From NCBI GenBank assembly GCA_963836185.1, contig CAWIIQ010000001.1:2009424-2073423 (forward strand): 64,000 nucleotides of DNA. Reading direction: 5' to 3'. Every line of letters starts with the position of its first letter. The first letter of the stretch is position 1. Shown in pieces: positions 40,230 to 50,455 of this stretch. This DNA is from Candidatus Krumholzibacteriia bacterium. GTDB lineage: Bacteria; Krumholzibacteriota; Krumholzibacteriia; Krumholzibacteriales; Krumholzibacteriaceae. The notes under the pieces were generated by a model that was not told where the DNA came from, made no database searches, and saw only the letters and a list, made by a program, of their open reading frames with translations. The position numbers and the translations under genes are program-made.

Positions 40230-42035
40230 ATGCTTAAACAATTGCGAGAGAATACGAAAACGATCCTGTGGATCGTCGTGGTGGCATTTGTGGTCTCGAT
40301 CTTCGCCGTATGGGGTATGAACTACAGGAGCGGAGGCAGCGGGCAGCCCGGTGAAGAAAGCAATATCATCGGCTCGGTCGACGGCATCGAGCTGACCAGG
40401 CAGACTTACCAGAATAATACTCAGGAACTGTACAACAATATCAGGGCGCAGCGCGGAGATGAATACAGGCTGAGTGACTCCGAGGGATACATGCTCAGGG
40501 AGCAGGCCTGGGAGATGGGGATCCAGAAGGCGCTCATCGCCCGCGAGATCGACAGGTTCGGTATCACCGTCACCGATAACGAACTCGTGGCGTTCCTGCG
40601 CCGCAACCCCCACCCTTCCCTCAGGCAGATGTTCACTGACGAAGAGGGCAACTTCGACTACCAGGCTTACCTTCAGGCCCTGTCAAATCCAGACGCGGAC
40701 TGGACAGAGCTCGAACGATGGGGCCGATCGATCATACCCGAGCTGAAGCTCGAGACGATGCTCTCCTCGCAGATCCATGTTTCGGACAGGGAGATCCGCG
40801 AGAGGTTCAACAGGCAGAACACGAGGATCAACGCCCGTTACGTCAAGGTCCCCTTTGTCGAGGAGGACCCCCCGTATGAGCCGTCCGACGCAGAGATATC
40901 GGTCCTGTTCGAGAAAAAGAAGGATGACTTCCTGACTCCCGAGAAGAGGGCGCTGAGGATGATCCGTATCGAGAAGGCCGCTACCGATCTCGATGAGCTC
41001 GATATCTTCGAGAGGATGAAAGAGCTTCGTGAAGAGCTCATGGACAACTATGAATTCTCCGAAGCCGCATTGCAGGAATCGGACGATTACAACACTGCCC
41101 AGAAAGGCGGAGACCTCGGATTCTTCGGCCGGGGCGTAATGGACTCTCTCTTTACCGAGACGGCATTCGCCCTCGAGGTCGGAGAGATCAGTGAGCCGGT
41201 AAAAACGCAATACGGATATCATCTGATAAAGTTGGATGAGAAGACAGTCGAGGAAGGTGTGGAGAAGGTAAAGGCGAGCCATATCCTGATGCGGGTCGAG
41301 CCTGGATACGACACGATCGATTCACTGCGCACCCTGATCTCCGACCTGCGTGAGACGATCATCGAAAAGGGCCTCCCGGAAGCGGCCGCGGACTTCGGCC
41401 TCGAAGTCTCCGAGCCCGAACCTTTCGTCCAGGGCGCCTTCATCAAGGATCACGGCTATCTACCGCGTATCGTGAACTTCGCTTTCAATAACGATATCGG
41501 CAAGGTCAGCAATACGCTGGAGACCGAGCAGTATGTCTATATAGTCGAGGTCATCGATATCATCGATGAGTCGACGATGCCGCTCGAAGAGGCAAGGCCC
41601 GTGCTCGTGGAGCAGATCAGAACGGAGCGCAAGGAGAACGCGGCGCTGGCAACGGCTAAAGAGCTCCGCGAAAAAGCCGTCACAGGCGGAGACTTCGAGG
41701 CCGCGGCGCATTCGTTCGAGCTCGAGGTCGAAGAAACGACTCCGTTCACCGTCGAACAGACGATCCCGGGAATAGGGATGGGAACCGGATTCGCCGTAGC
41801 GGCCTACGAGCTGCAGACCGGAAGGATCAGCCCCCCCGTCAAGGGTTACGATGAGTGGTTCGTCCTCCAGGTGACCGACCGCCAGCCGGGCGAGCCTTCA
41901 GAGCTCGCCGCGCAGAGACAGGCGATCATGCAGCAGATCAGGCAGGAAAGCTCATCGCGCTTCCTCGCCCTCTGGTACGACAAGCTGCGCCAGGACGCCG
42001 AAGTCGTCGATAACCGCGAGAGCACACTGAACTAG
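40230..42035 (+). CDS. ppiD: Periplasmic chaperone / PpiC-type peptidyl-prolyl isomerase (PpiD/SurA-like)
   Basis: N-terminal membrane anchor, a chaperone domain and a parvulin domain (...AQKGGDLGFFGRGVMDSLFTETAFALEVGEISEPVKTQYGYHLIKL...). It is the only large plus-strand gene and is divergent from M23/dnaE. Confidence 0.7.
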   Translation: MLKQLRENTKTILWIVVVAFVVSIFAVWGMNYRSGGSGQPGEESNIIGSVDGIELTRQTYQNNTQELYNNIRAQRGDEYRLSDSEGYMLREQAWEMGIQKALIAREIDRFGITVTDNELVAFLRRNPHPSLRQMFTDEEGNFDYQAYLQALSNPDADWTELERWGRSIIPELKLETMLSSQIHVSDREIRERFNRQNTRINARYVKVPFVEEDPPYEPSDAEISVLFEKKKDDFLTPEKRALRMIRIEKAATDLDELDIFERMKELREELMDNYEFSEAALQESDDYNTAQKGGDLGFFGRGVMDSLFTETAFALEVGEISEPVKTQYGYHLIKLDEKTVEEGVEKVKASHILMRVEPGYDTIDSLRTLISDLRETIIEKGLPEAAADFGLEVSEPEPFVQGAFIKDHGYLPRIVNFAFNNDIGKVSNTLETEQYVYIVEVIDIIDESTMPLEEARPVLVEQIRTERKENAALATAKELREKAVTGGDFEAAAHSFELEVEETTPFTVEQTIPGIGMGTGFAVAAYELQTGRISPPVKGYDEWFVLQVTDRQPGEPSELAAQRQAIMQQIRQESSSRFLALWYDKLRQDAEVVDNRESTLN

Positions 42036-42141
42036 ATACCGTAAGGATAATATAGAGAAAGCCGGCCGGTGAAAACCGGCCGGCTAAAGTCCACTCATCG
42101 CTTTCCGCATCGCGTCATCCCAGACCCCCCCGAACAGCACC

Positions 42142-42903
42142 CTAGAACTTCACTCCCGCTACGAGATATGAGATCTCAGCGTCAGGATTGAGGATGAATG
42201 CCAGGGACAACGGCAGCGAGAAACTATCTGTCATCTTTATGCTACGCTGCGCGCTGACACCGACATTGATGACGGCAAATTCCCCTGCGCTGTAAACGTC
42301 GGGATTCTCCCTGTTTCCGCCTGCCGCACCGAAGAATACCGTAAGCCCGGTCTCCCCCGCGGTGAAAGGGTAGTCGATCTGGAAGTAGGTGCTGTTACCG
42401 GCATCGTTGTAAACGCCGACATACCCCGAGATGGTCATGGGGAATGACTTCGGCCCGGTAAGGGAAAGGCCGAGTTCAAGAGTATGGGCGCCGGGGTCGG
42501 GATCGCCGTTCGCATCGACCGCGTCATGATCGTTGAAATTGAATATGTCTATGCCGAGATATGGCAGGTAGTAATCGGTAAGGACCGCTCCGATCGATGC
42601 GCTGTTCTCGAACTCATAAGAATACCCCAGCCAGAAATCGATCTCGTTAAAGCTCTCTGCCTGTGTCGAGAGGGAATAAGCACCCCAGACACCGAGCTCG
42701 AAACCGAAGTAAGAACAGGAGAGTGCGGGCTGTATAGATGGAGAGTCCCCGAAATCCATGCCGCGCCAGACATACCTGCTGTATAGATCCACACCGGTAT
42801 CAACGGTGAATTTCTCCGAAGCCGCGGCCCCGAAGCTCTGGATGGTCAGCAGCAACACTACTGGAAAAATATATTTTCTCGACATAGGTCTTCTTCTCAT
42901 CAC
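42142..42903 (-). CDS. Small outer-membrane beta-barrel protein (hypothetical porin-like)
   Basis: Signal peptide, beta-strand periodicity and a C-terminal ...LVAGVKF. Confidence 0.45.
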   Translation of the reverse strand: MMRRRPMSRKYIFPVVLLLTIQSFGAAASEKFTVDTGVDLYSRYVWRGMDFGDSPSIQPALSCSYFGFELGVWGAYSLSTQAESFNEIDFWLGYSYEFENSASIGAVLTDYYLPYLGIDIFNFNDHDAVDANGDPDPGAHTLELGLSLTGPKSFPMTISGYVGVYNDAGNSTYFQIDYPFTAGETGLTVFFGAAGGNRENPDVYSAGEFAVINVGVSAQRSIKMTDSFSLPLSLAFILNPDAEISYLVAGVKF

Positions 42904-43298
42904 TTCTCTTTCCTGTTTTCAGCGATCGCCTCATAGATCAGTATCGCCGTCAGCGAGCCCAGGGCGCTCGCCACAATATCGTACAGATCATACTGCGTGC
43001 TGGCTCCCCACATCGGCCTCAATTCCTCGACAGTCAACACCAGGAATACCATTATGGATCCTGAATAGACAAAAAGGCGGCCGCGATCCGGTTTCCTTGA
43101 AAGTACCCCGTTGACGGCAGCGAGACTTATCAGGAATGCGGCGAGAAAATTGGGAAGGCTTCCTGTGATGATCCCCAGAACAGGAGTATGCCCGTATGCG
43201 GGCCGCAAGAACTCCTTGTTGAATGTCACCAGCAGAAACAGCGCCGCGAAGAGGATAACGTTTGTCGCAAGGAGTCTTCTTCTGCTTTTCCAGTCCAT
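42900..43298 (-). CDS. Small inner-membrane protein (hypothetical)
   Basis: Trimmed to the internal start MDWKSRRRLLATNVILFAALFLLV...; four predicted TM helices. The longer ORF-track version overlaps the next gene. Confidence 0.4.
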   Translation of the reverse strand: MDWKSRRRLLATNVILFAALFLLVTFNKEFLRPAYGHTPVLGIITGSLPNFLAAFLISLAAVNGVLSRKPDRGRLFVYSGSIMVFLVLTVEELRPMWGASTQYDLYDIVASALGSLTAILIYEAIAENRKEK

Positions 43299-43300
43299 AA

Positions 43301-43795
43301 TCACCCCATCTGAAAACCCGGCATCCGTAGCACGAACCATATCACGGCCCCGTGGATCACCATCCCGGTAATCACGGCAAAAACTACAGCCCCCGGCGAC
43401 ATCAGGCGCCGCGACTTGATCACAACGATGAGACCCAGCGGAATGTACAGTATTACCCCGGTCAGCACGCCGGGGACAAACGAACGGGTCATCACACATA
43501 TGGCGGCATGCCATACACCGTTAGCCGCGAAGATCGTCGCTCCACTCACTACAGGCCACCGCCAGGCCGTCCATCTCATCGAGGCCCATGCGGCGACGCA
43601 CAGAATGACCGCGCCTACAAGGTTGCTGCCGAGAAACTCGGCAAGGGACCAGTCGACTCCTCCTCCGGCTGCCATCCATTCCATCAGGCCATCTCCCCCG
43701 AATGCCTCTTCCACCACATGGACGATGAACGCCGCCGGCATAAGCCAGACCCATGCTCCCAACCTGTCACCGGTATTCTTATCGCTGGAGATCAT
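43301..43795 (-). CDS. HXXEE-domain membrane protein
   Basis: The IVHVVEEAFGG motif lies in a polytopic membrane protein. Confidence 0.45.
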   Translation of the reverse strand: MISSDKNTGDRLGAWVWLMPAAFIVHVVEEAFGGDGLMEWMAAGGGVDWSLAEFLGSNLVGAVILCVAAWASMRWTAWRWPVVSGATIFAANGVWHAAICVMTRSFVPGVLTGVILYIPLGLIVVIKSRRLMSPGAVVFAVITGMVIHGAVIWFVLRMPGFQMG

Positions 43796-44256
43796 CTATC
43801 CGACCAGACAGCCAGCTCATTACCGTTCGGATCTTTGAAGTGAAAGCGCCGCCCTCCAGGGAACTCGAAAATCTCAACGATGATCTTCCCGCCGTTTTCC
43901 CTGATCTGTGCCTCGATCCCTTCTAGATCGGTGGAATAGATCACTACCAGCGGATTGCCGGCCGGCACTTTCGCCGTCGTGGTGAACCCGCCTGTTATCC
44001 GCCCGTCGGTAAAGCTCACGTAGTCCGGTCCGTAGTCGGTGAACTCCCAGCCGAAGACCTCCGAGTAGAACCGTTTGATCTCTGCTATATCCGTAGCCGG
44101 AAACTCGACGTAGTCGACCCGGCGGTCATGTTCTTCCTGGCTCATCAGTTCATCTCCCTTTGAGGTCTCACTGTCACTTCCCGGACCTTCCGCGCATGCG
44201 AGAAAAGCCGACATCGTACATGCCAGCGCGCAGAGGACAAAGATCTTAGTAGCCAT
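43792..44256 (-). CDS. VOC/glyoxalase-family lipoprotein
   Basis: Lipobox LACA; VOC-fold motifs ...VEFPATDIAEIKRFYSEVFGWEF...FKDPNGNELAVW. Confidence 0.6.
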   Translation of the reverse strand: MATKIFVLCALACTMSAFLACAEGPGSDSETSKGDELMSQEEHDRRVDYVEFPATDIAEIKRFYSEVFGWEFTDYGPDYVSFTDGRITGGFTTTAKVPAGNPLVVIYSTDLEGIEAQIRENGGKIIVEIFEFPGGRRFHFKDPNGNELAVWSDR

Positions 44257-44275
44257 GATAATAATCTCCTATACT

Positions 44276-44794
44276 TTAATATCGTCCCTCAAGAAGCTCG
44301 AGCCATTCACGGGAGCACCGGGGGACATACTCTTCGATGCTTCTCCGTTCCGTCCACTCCTGAATATCTTTCCGCATAGCTGCCTCCGTACACAGAAAGG
44401 GCTCCCCGGGCCGGATGCCTACGCGCCACAGGTCAAGCCTGTCAGAGTCCCAGCAGGTCCGGACCGTGACGCTCCCCTCTGTAAGACCGCTCGTATGATG
44501 GACACAGGCATATTTCAGTTCCTCCATCTGGGCATCGGAAAGGTCCAGTTTCGCTCTGAGCTCTTCAGCCAGCCCTGCTCCGCGGCTTCCGTGGCCGGGA
44601 TCTTGCCCCTCCCCTTCGCGGCGGGCGTCGTGAAAAAGAGCGAAGCATTCTATGACAGCCGGATCGGCCCCGTTATCCGCCGCGATCCTCATCCCTGTCT
44701 CGAGTACCCGCCCCCAGTGGGAGACTCCGTGTGTTCCCGTTAACGGAAGGGAATATCCCAGCAGTATCTCAAGGATCACGTCAGGCTTGACCAA
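44276..44794 (-). CDS. Hypothetical protein (possible metal-dependent phosphohydrolase-like)
   Basis: 172-aa ORF with good codon usage and an H..G...FHD...HH pattern; no confident family assignment. Confidence 0.35.
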   Translation of the reverse strand: MVKPDVILEILLGYSLPLTGTHGVSHWGRVLETGMRIAADNGADPAVIECFALFHDARREGEGQDPGHGSRGAGLAEELRAKLDLSDAQMEELKYACVHHTSGLTEGSVTVRTCWDSDRLDLWRVGIRPGEPFLCTEAAMRKDIQEWTERRSIEEYVPRCSREWLELLEGRY

Positions 44795-44814
44795 TGCCGC
44801 TTGTCCCCCTTGCG

Positions 44815-45423
44815 CTAAATCTTCTTTACGACATACTCCAGCGCTTTTTTCCTTGGGCCGTCATGGCCCCTCTGCGGATAGCCGAGCGGGATGACTGCCA
44901 TAAACTCACCTCTCGCTTCTCCCAGAAAAGAGAGGACCTCATCCTTGATCAGATACAGTATGCCGAGCCACACACTCCCCAGCCCGAGCGAGGTCGCCGC
45001 GAGCAGAAGATTCTCTACCGCCGCTGCGGAACTCTGTATCTCCATCGTCCGGAAAAAATCTCCAGATTGATCGTGATCAATATTGAACAACTCGATCCCA
45101 TGGCGGATAAGCGTACCCGTGTTCATCACAGCGATAACGACCGGTGCGCTGAGAATGGTACGCGCCGCCATACGCAGGATCGCCGATGACGGCTTTGGGA
45201 AGTCGGAGGCTTTCCGGGAAACGAGTCGGGCCAGCTGCTGTCTCTTTTCATCCCGGATGACGATGAACCGCCAGGATTGTTTGTTGTGCGCCGAAGGCGC
45301 CTGGTTGGCGGCGTCAAGGACAGCCTGGATATGTGAGTCTTCGACAGGCCTGTCCTGAAACTGGCGTATACTCCGCCTTAGATAGATCATCTTCAATGTC
45401 TCGTTCGCGGAATTGTCTTCCAT
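44815..45423 (-). CDS. Nitroreductase-family protein
   Basis: ...RRSIRQFQDRPVEDSHIQAVLDAANQAPSAHNKQSWRFIVI... is the classic nitroreductase signature. The start was trimmed to MEDNSANE...; the ORF-track N-terminal 61 aa are Arg-rich junk. Confidence 0.7.
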   Translation of the reverse strand: MEDNSANETLKMIYLRRSIRQFQDRPVEDSHIQAVLDAANQAPSAHNKQSWRFIVIRDEKRQQLARLVSRKASDFPKPSSAILRMAARTILSAPVVIAVMNTGTLIRHGIELFNIDHDQSGDFFRTMEIQSSAAAVENLLLAATSLGLGSVWLGILYLIKDEVLSFLGEARGEFMAVIPLGYPQRGHDGPRKKALEYVVKKI

Positions 45424-45445
45424 ACCCTTCTCTCCGGGGCGATAC

Positions 45446-46186
45446 CTATCCCGTTTCTTTTTCGCGTATTCTATCGATCGTCTCCTGTACCCCCGGCGTT
45501 TTCGATGAGATCCGTGTCGACGCTCCCTTCGCAAACCGGAAATCGCAGAGGGAACAGCCGTCTGCAAGCGTCTGCGTGCGGATAAGGCCCCAGCCCATTG
45601 CTTCACTCAAAGCGATGTCCGACATGCAGACGTACGGGGCGAACTCCTCTCCCCCGTGTTCCCTGACAAAGTCGTAGTTGCCGCACCCGATGTAATTGAC
45701 GCCGTAGTCGAACCCGTCTCCATCGCCTACGAGATACTCGATCTCAAAGTCACCGAACCGGGCCCCCTGCGGCTGCCGTGCCCGCTTCGCCACGATCATC
45801 TTGACTAACCGGGAAAACATGAACCACCCCATAAGCGAGCGCTTCCACTTCGGGATTTCCGTCAGCCTCAGGCGCAGGGCCTCGTGGCACAGTTCCCACG
45901 CCTCCCCGGGCGGCCTGCCATATTTCTTCATCGCTTTGTAGGCTGCAAGCTCCTGGGCGGAAATAAGAAGAAAACTGTTGAGCATCCCCGCTCGCGGTCC
46001 CTTTATGAAAGGGATCTCAGGGATAAGTTTCTCATATTCCATCCGGGCATCACTCCGCAGCGTGCCGGCTGAATCTTCGCCATACCTGTCAATAAGTGAG
46101 GATTTTATCAGCTCGCAGGTCCTGTCGAAATCCTTAAGGAGTTTTTTTCTTCGCGCGTCATAGTAACCGACTATCTGATCCGGCAT
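45446..46186 (-). CDS. L-2-amino-thiazoline-4-carboxylic acid hydrolase-like (ATC_hydrolase family) protein
   Basis: 246 aa with a C-terminal Cys-rich segment (...YIGCGNYDF...YVCMSDI...DGCSLCDFRF) resembling ATC-hydrolase-family proteins. Confidence 0.4.
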   Translation of the reverse strand: MPDQIVGYYDARRKKLLKDFDRTCELIKSSLIDRYGEDSAGTLRSDARMEYEKLIPEIPFIKGPRAGMLNSFLLISAQELAAYKAMKKYGRPPGEAWELCHEALRLRLTEIPKWKRSLMGWFMFSRLVKMIVAKRARQPQGARFGDFEIEYLVGDGDGFDYGVNYIGCGNYDFVREHGGEEFAPYVCMSDIALSEAMGWGLIRTQTLADGCSLCDFRFAKGASTRISSKTPGVQETIDRIREKETG

Positions 46187-46227
46187 ACCATCTACCTCTA
46201 ATCACTCAGGTCTCAAATGAAACGGAC

Positions 46228-46719
46228 CTACTTGAAACGATCATCCGATTCACGTTCCGATACGGTCTTCCTTGCCTGTTCAAGCCATCCCGTGCGGATG
46301 ACCTTAGGGCTGTCAAACTCCGGCACGTACGGTTTGATGTCAAGCAGCGGGGTCCCGTCAAGGATATCAACGTTCTGGATGTACAGCACGCCGTTTTCGA
46401 CCCTGTCCAGCTGAACAACGGAAAGACCAATCTGGTTCGGACGCTTCGGAGCCCGGGTGGCAAAGAGTCCCCGCAGCTCCGAATCCATGAAAGGAACGAC
46501 ATGTAGGTTAAAGCCGCTGCTGCGGTCAAAATAAAAGAGAAGGATGATGTGTGAGAAGCCATCGAGATCTTTCAGCCCCGCCCGATACTCCTCGAATACC
46601 TCGACCGTGCCGTGAATATCTGCCGCGCCGGCTGGTTGCACAGGCATCCCCTCCGGCACGTTGAAAGGTGTGTGTATGATCCCGATAGGCTTTACTTCAA
46701 TCCTCATCGACTCCAGCAT
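46228..46719 (-). CDS. tsaA: tRNA (adenine37-N6)-methyltransferase TrmO/TsaA (YaeB family)
   Basis: ...PIGIIHTPF...GFSHIILLFYFDRS...RPNQIGLSVVQL...LDGTPLLDIKPYVP... is the YaeB/TsaA signature. Confidence 0.8.
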   Translation of the reverse strand: MLESMRIEVKPIGIIHTPFNVPEGMPVQPAGAADIHGTVEVFEEYRAGLKDLDGFSHIILLFYFDRSSGFNLHVVPFMDSELRGLFATRAPKRPNQIGLSVVQLDRVENGVLYIQNVDILDGTPLLDIKPYVPEFDSPKVIRTGWLEQARKTVSERESDDRFK

Positions 46720-48137
46720 ACTGTCCTTTCCATACGATTCCGTCCTTTATAACGGTCTTTCCTCCCAGGAGCGCTTCAGGGCTTTTGAGCGGACTCTCAT
46801 CGAAGATAACGAAGTGAGCTCTCTTACCCGGTTCGATCGATCCGAACCTGCTCGAGATCTCCATCACCTTCGCGCTTCCGTACGTGGCGATCTGAAGAAC
46901 GGATGCCATTGAAAGGCCCGCGTCATGCAGCAGAAGCATCTCGGAAAGAACGGCCATTCCCGGATCCACCGTGTCCGACCCGATGGCCAGCTGGACACCT
47001 TCCCTGTGCATGAGCGCCACGTACGAAGCCATCACGGCGTAGCCGCGTCTCGCGCGCTCCAGGTCCTCGCCGGCCCAGGCCGACGTATCGTCGAAATCGC
47101 CGATCGGGGGCGAATCGATCACTGTCAACCCCAGAGGCTTCGCGATGGCATGAAGGGTCGGTGTCACAGTAGCGCGGCTTTTCGACAGCCTCCTGATAAG
47201 CGCTGTCATGATCTCGTTCTCTTCGCCGATCTCGTTGAACTGCTCGGCAGTCGCCATGAAGAAGGCGCCGCGAGTGTCGCCCTCCAGGATCTCATGGATA
47301 GAGCGCAGGATGATAGCCTGAGCGGCCTCTCCCCCGAGAACTTCGGGAGCGAGAGTGAAGGCGTGCTCAAAATGTCTCAACCCGAGATCCAGCGCAGCTC
47401 CGATCGTGAAGATACCGCGGTCGATGTGCGCGAAAGGGACCATGTCGAGCTCGAGCGCCTCTCCCAGCGCGGCCCGGAACTCGGGCTCCCGGAGCCGCCA
47501 GTAGAGCTTAATATACCTGAATCCGGCGTCGTGGTACTGCCGGACCCGCTGCGCAGCCTCCAGCGTGTCTCGCACGACCGCGTGGCCCTGATACGGTGTG
47601 CGCCCCTCCTCGTGTGAGACAAGAGCTCCACCGCATGGAAAGAAGTCCGGAGCGGAGGGGTCAGGTTCCATCCAGGCCTTCATCAGCGGCAGATAGCTCT
47701 CGCTCGACCCGGCATCCCGCACGACCGTCACGCCGAAAGGCAGATAAGCCTCCGAGAATACGCGGCGGTATCCGTGCTATGGAGTCGGGCGCCATGTTCA
47801 GGTCCGCGATTCCGCCGCCGCCGGCGTTGAACGATGTGGCCAGAACATCGATGAGGTGACCGTGGGTATCTATAAGTCCAGGTGTGAGCAGCCGCCCTCC
47901 GGCATCGATCACACGGCGGGCCCGCGAGCCCTCAAGCGACTCCGATCTCTGCACGTCCCTGATGACCCCGTCGACGACGGAGACCGCCACCCCTTCCATC
48001 ACGACGCCTCTGCGGGCATCAAAAAGCGTTGCGTTGGTTATAAGCAGATCGACATCGGCCGATGCCGCGTCGCAGGCGGCAAAAAGCAGGATTGCGATCA
48101 CCACTGATACTGACCTTCGCACCATACTTCTCTTCAT
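46697..48137 (-). CDS. Amidohydrolase-family protein (secreted), interrupted by a frameshift near 47740-47760
   Basis: The N-terminus (signal peptide, GLIDTHGH metal site) lies in ORF 47661..48884 and the C-terminus in ORF 46697..47731 (...AYLPFGVTVVRDAGS...HAGLSMASVLQIATYGSAKV...). The frames differ by 1 nt within a GC-rich ccgccgcg stretch. Confidence 0.6.
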
Positions 48138-48175
48138 CGCGATTTTATCAAGGTCGGCTCTGGTGCAGCGTCTCG

Positions 48176-48884
48176 TCAGACCTTCTGCATATGCACGCAG
48201 GTGAGCTGATGTTTTTCTTCCGCGGTGACTTTCTTCGGGGGTATGATCTGGTTCGCCCACCGTCCAATGCTCCCCTTCCCAGAACTGCCAGTACTCCTGC
48301 TCTATAACTGCGCCCCCATTATCCCTGACCCATTTATCCAGCTCACTTCGCGAGAATGATTGCGTGATATACGGTGAATCCTGGCCGTAGCTTGAACCGG
48401 GCAGTTCATATACGTTTCTCACATAGCTTCTTTCGCTGTACGGACATGTCAATATGATATGACCACCGGGATTCAACAGGGAAAACATGTTCCGGACAGC
48501 GCTGTCCGGGTTTTGGATATGTTCAAGCACGCTTACACACGTGATCAGGTCAAACGTGTCCGACAGATGAGTCTTGACGATGTCGTCGTCGATGATGTGA
48601 TAGTGCCGATTAAACATTCCAGAGGGCCAGTAGTCGCTGACATTATCCGCTGCCGTAACAAGGCATCCGCAATTGCGCATCAGGTGCGGAAGTGCGGTCA
48701 GGCCGGTACCCACATCCAGGACCGTACGCGGATAGATCTCCCCAAGTTTCCTGAAGACGAAACTGAACTCGACCGGCCTCTCGTTGAATCGCGTGAAAGT
48801 CTGGGTCCTGAATTCTTTTTTGCATTTCCACCGCGGATACGTATTGAGCAGGTATTTAACAGCGTTTTCTGCTGACTTCAGCAT
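48176..48884 (-). CDS. Class I SAM-dependent methyltransferase (probable 1-nt indel at the G5 run 48237-48241 removes its stop)
   Basis: VLDVGTGLTA (motif I) and ...LLNPGGHIILTCPY... are present. In the assembled frame there is no stop before the amidohydrolase. Shifting frame at ccccc/ggggg gives ...EPDHTPKKVTAEEKHQLTCVHMQKV* ending about 40 nt before the amidohydrolase start. Confidence 0.55.
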
Positions 48885-48920
48885 CTGGACTCTCCTTATG
48901 TGGCCGCATTAGTTCATTCC

Positions 48921-49292
48921 CTATCGATATGTATACCCGAACGGAGTCAGAGAAAGCACAGCCAGTTTGATGTGCTGCTTCGCGAATGGTATCCCAATTA
49001 TAGTTATCGCGCACAGGACCCCGAAGATCACGTGTGTAGCCGCGATGTATATCCCCCCACACAGTATCCAGAGGATGTTCATTATGATAGACAGAGCACC
49101 CGGAGAAGGCTTGTTGAGAGATATCTCTTTGCCAAAGGGGAGAAGTGAGAGAAACGCCAGTTTCATCACCTGTATACCGAAGGGTATCCCGATGATCGTA
49201 AGGCAGAGCACCAGGCCGCCGATGAGATACTCGAGGAACAGGAAGATCCCTCCTCCAAGCAAGATCCACAGTATGTTTCCGATCAGGCTCAT
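48921..49292 (-). CDS. yccF: YccF-like inner-membrane protein (two DUF307 repeats)
   Basis: Two internal repeats (...NILWILLGGGIFLFLEYLIGGLVLCLTIIGIPFGIQVMKLA... and ...NILWILCGGIYIAATHVIFGVLCAITIIGIPFAKQHIKLA...) match the YccF architecture. Confidence 0.7.
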   Translation of the reverse strand: MSLIGNILWILLGGGIFLFLEYLIGGLVLCLTIIGIPFGIQVMKLAFLSLLPFGKEISLNKPSPGALSIIMNILWILCGGIYIAATHVIFGVLCAITIIGIPFAKQHIKLAVLSLTPFGYTYR

Positions 49293-49319
49293 GATCCCTT
49301 CCTCCTCTAAACAGTGAAC

Positions 49320-49733
49320 TTAATACAGCTTCCTGATCCTTGCCGAACAGATCGGAGCAAGAGATGTTGTAATCAGCACAAGCGCCCAGACTCTCCCACT
49401 GATCAGATCGTAATCCGAGAACAGCCTCTCCCACGAATGCCCGAACAGGTAGTGTCCCGCAAGGAACTCGAATGAGACTGTCATCAGCAACCATAATATC
49501 CCGATTAGTATCGCTTTGCCATTACTATCAGGCGCTATCCACCTGATCAGCAGCCACGCCACAAGAAAAATGAGAGCGCACAGGGTTACAGTGCTGATTA
49601 CATGGCCGGCGTATTCACCACTGACAGGAGCAATGAACGTGTTTCTGAGTATCCCGTTCAGAGTCGCTACGACCGACAGAATCAGCCAGACGATTATTGC
49701 TCGAAAATACAATTCAAAGTCCTCTTCAGACAA
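49320..49733 (-). CDS. Small inner-membrane protein (hypothetical)
   Basis: 137 aa with four predicted TM helices. Confidence 0.4.
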   Translation of the reverse strand: MSEEDFELYFRAIIVWLILSVVATLNGILRNTFIAPVSGEYAGHVISTVTLCALIFLVAWLLIRWIAPDSNGKAILIGILWLLMTVSFEFLAGHYLFGHSWERLFSDYDLISGRVWALVLITTSLAPICSARIRKLY

Positions 49734-49849
49734 GGCACGTCGTCTATCAGGTAACTATGCTCGATGAGGGGCAGGCTGACATATGAACAGATCACAAGCA
49801 GACAACATAGTGCCGTTGTGATAAGCAGACGCACAGTTGTCCTCTCTTT

Positions 49850-50200
49850 CTAGTCATCATCAAGTCCAAGCCACTTCCTGGCTTCTTCGATATTTCTGAA
49901 GACTTCGACTGTCAATGGTGAGTCCCGCAGTTCTGCGATCGTCTGATACATCCTCGCGAATCCGTACAGCAGGTCCGTACCAGCCACTATCGCCGATCTC
50001 ATCCCGGCCAGTTTCTCGCTATTGGCAGTGTCTATCTGGATATTGCGCTCAAGAGAACTTGACGAGCCCTGGACCTCCTCGATGCCGGACAGATCGACCA
50101 GTTCCCGCACTCCCGGCTTGATCCGGGAATCAGCCGCGACAGCCTCCCCCTGATCCCTCAGGTCCTTGTCGGTCACTACACCGAAGAGGCGCGTATACAT
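49850..50200 (-). CDS. Hypothetical small protein, paralog of 53210..53608
   Basis: Shares ...LVDL...ARMY...L...VF....EA..WLGL with the second copy. Confidence 0.4.
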   Translation of the reverse strand: MYTRLFGVVTDKDLRDQGEAVAADSRIKPGVRELVDLSGIEEVQGSSSSLERNIQIDTANSEKLAGMRSAIVAGTDLLYGFARMYQTIAELRDSPLTVEVFRNIEEARKWLGLDDD

Positions 50201-50455
50201 GACGTTCTTCTCTTCTCATACGTATACTCTACAGACATCTCTCACCTCTAAGATAGATGTTTTCATTCTGTTATATCTCCAATCAAATTCTCGACCAGGT
50301 GCTCAAAGGTGGTCGGATCGACACCGATTCCACCCCGAAACGGGTCACTCAGTGCCAGAATACTGTAAGTCATCTCAATCGCATGACCAAACACAAAAAT
50401 GATTATACCTTTCTCTGTCATATTGTAGTGAATCTCCCCGAACAGCTCATCAACA

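Noticed and set aside
48856-49494. 212-aa ORF overlapping yccF
   Set aside because: It is an alternative frame of the same strand as the well-supported two-repeat YccF membrane protein (48921..49292); the sequence is junk (MVADDSLIRVPCG...).
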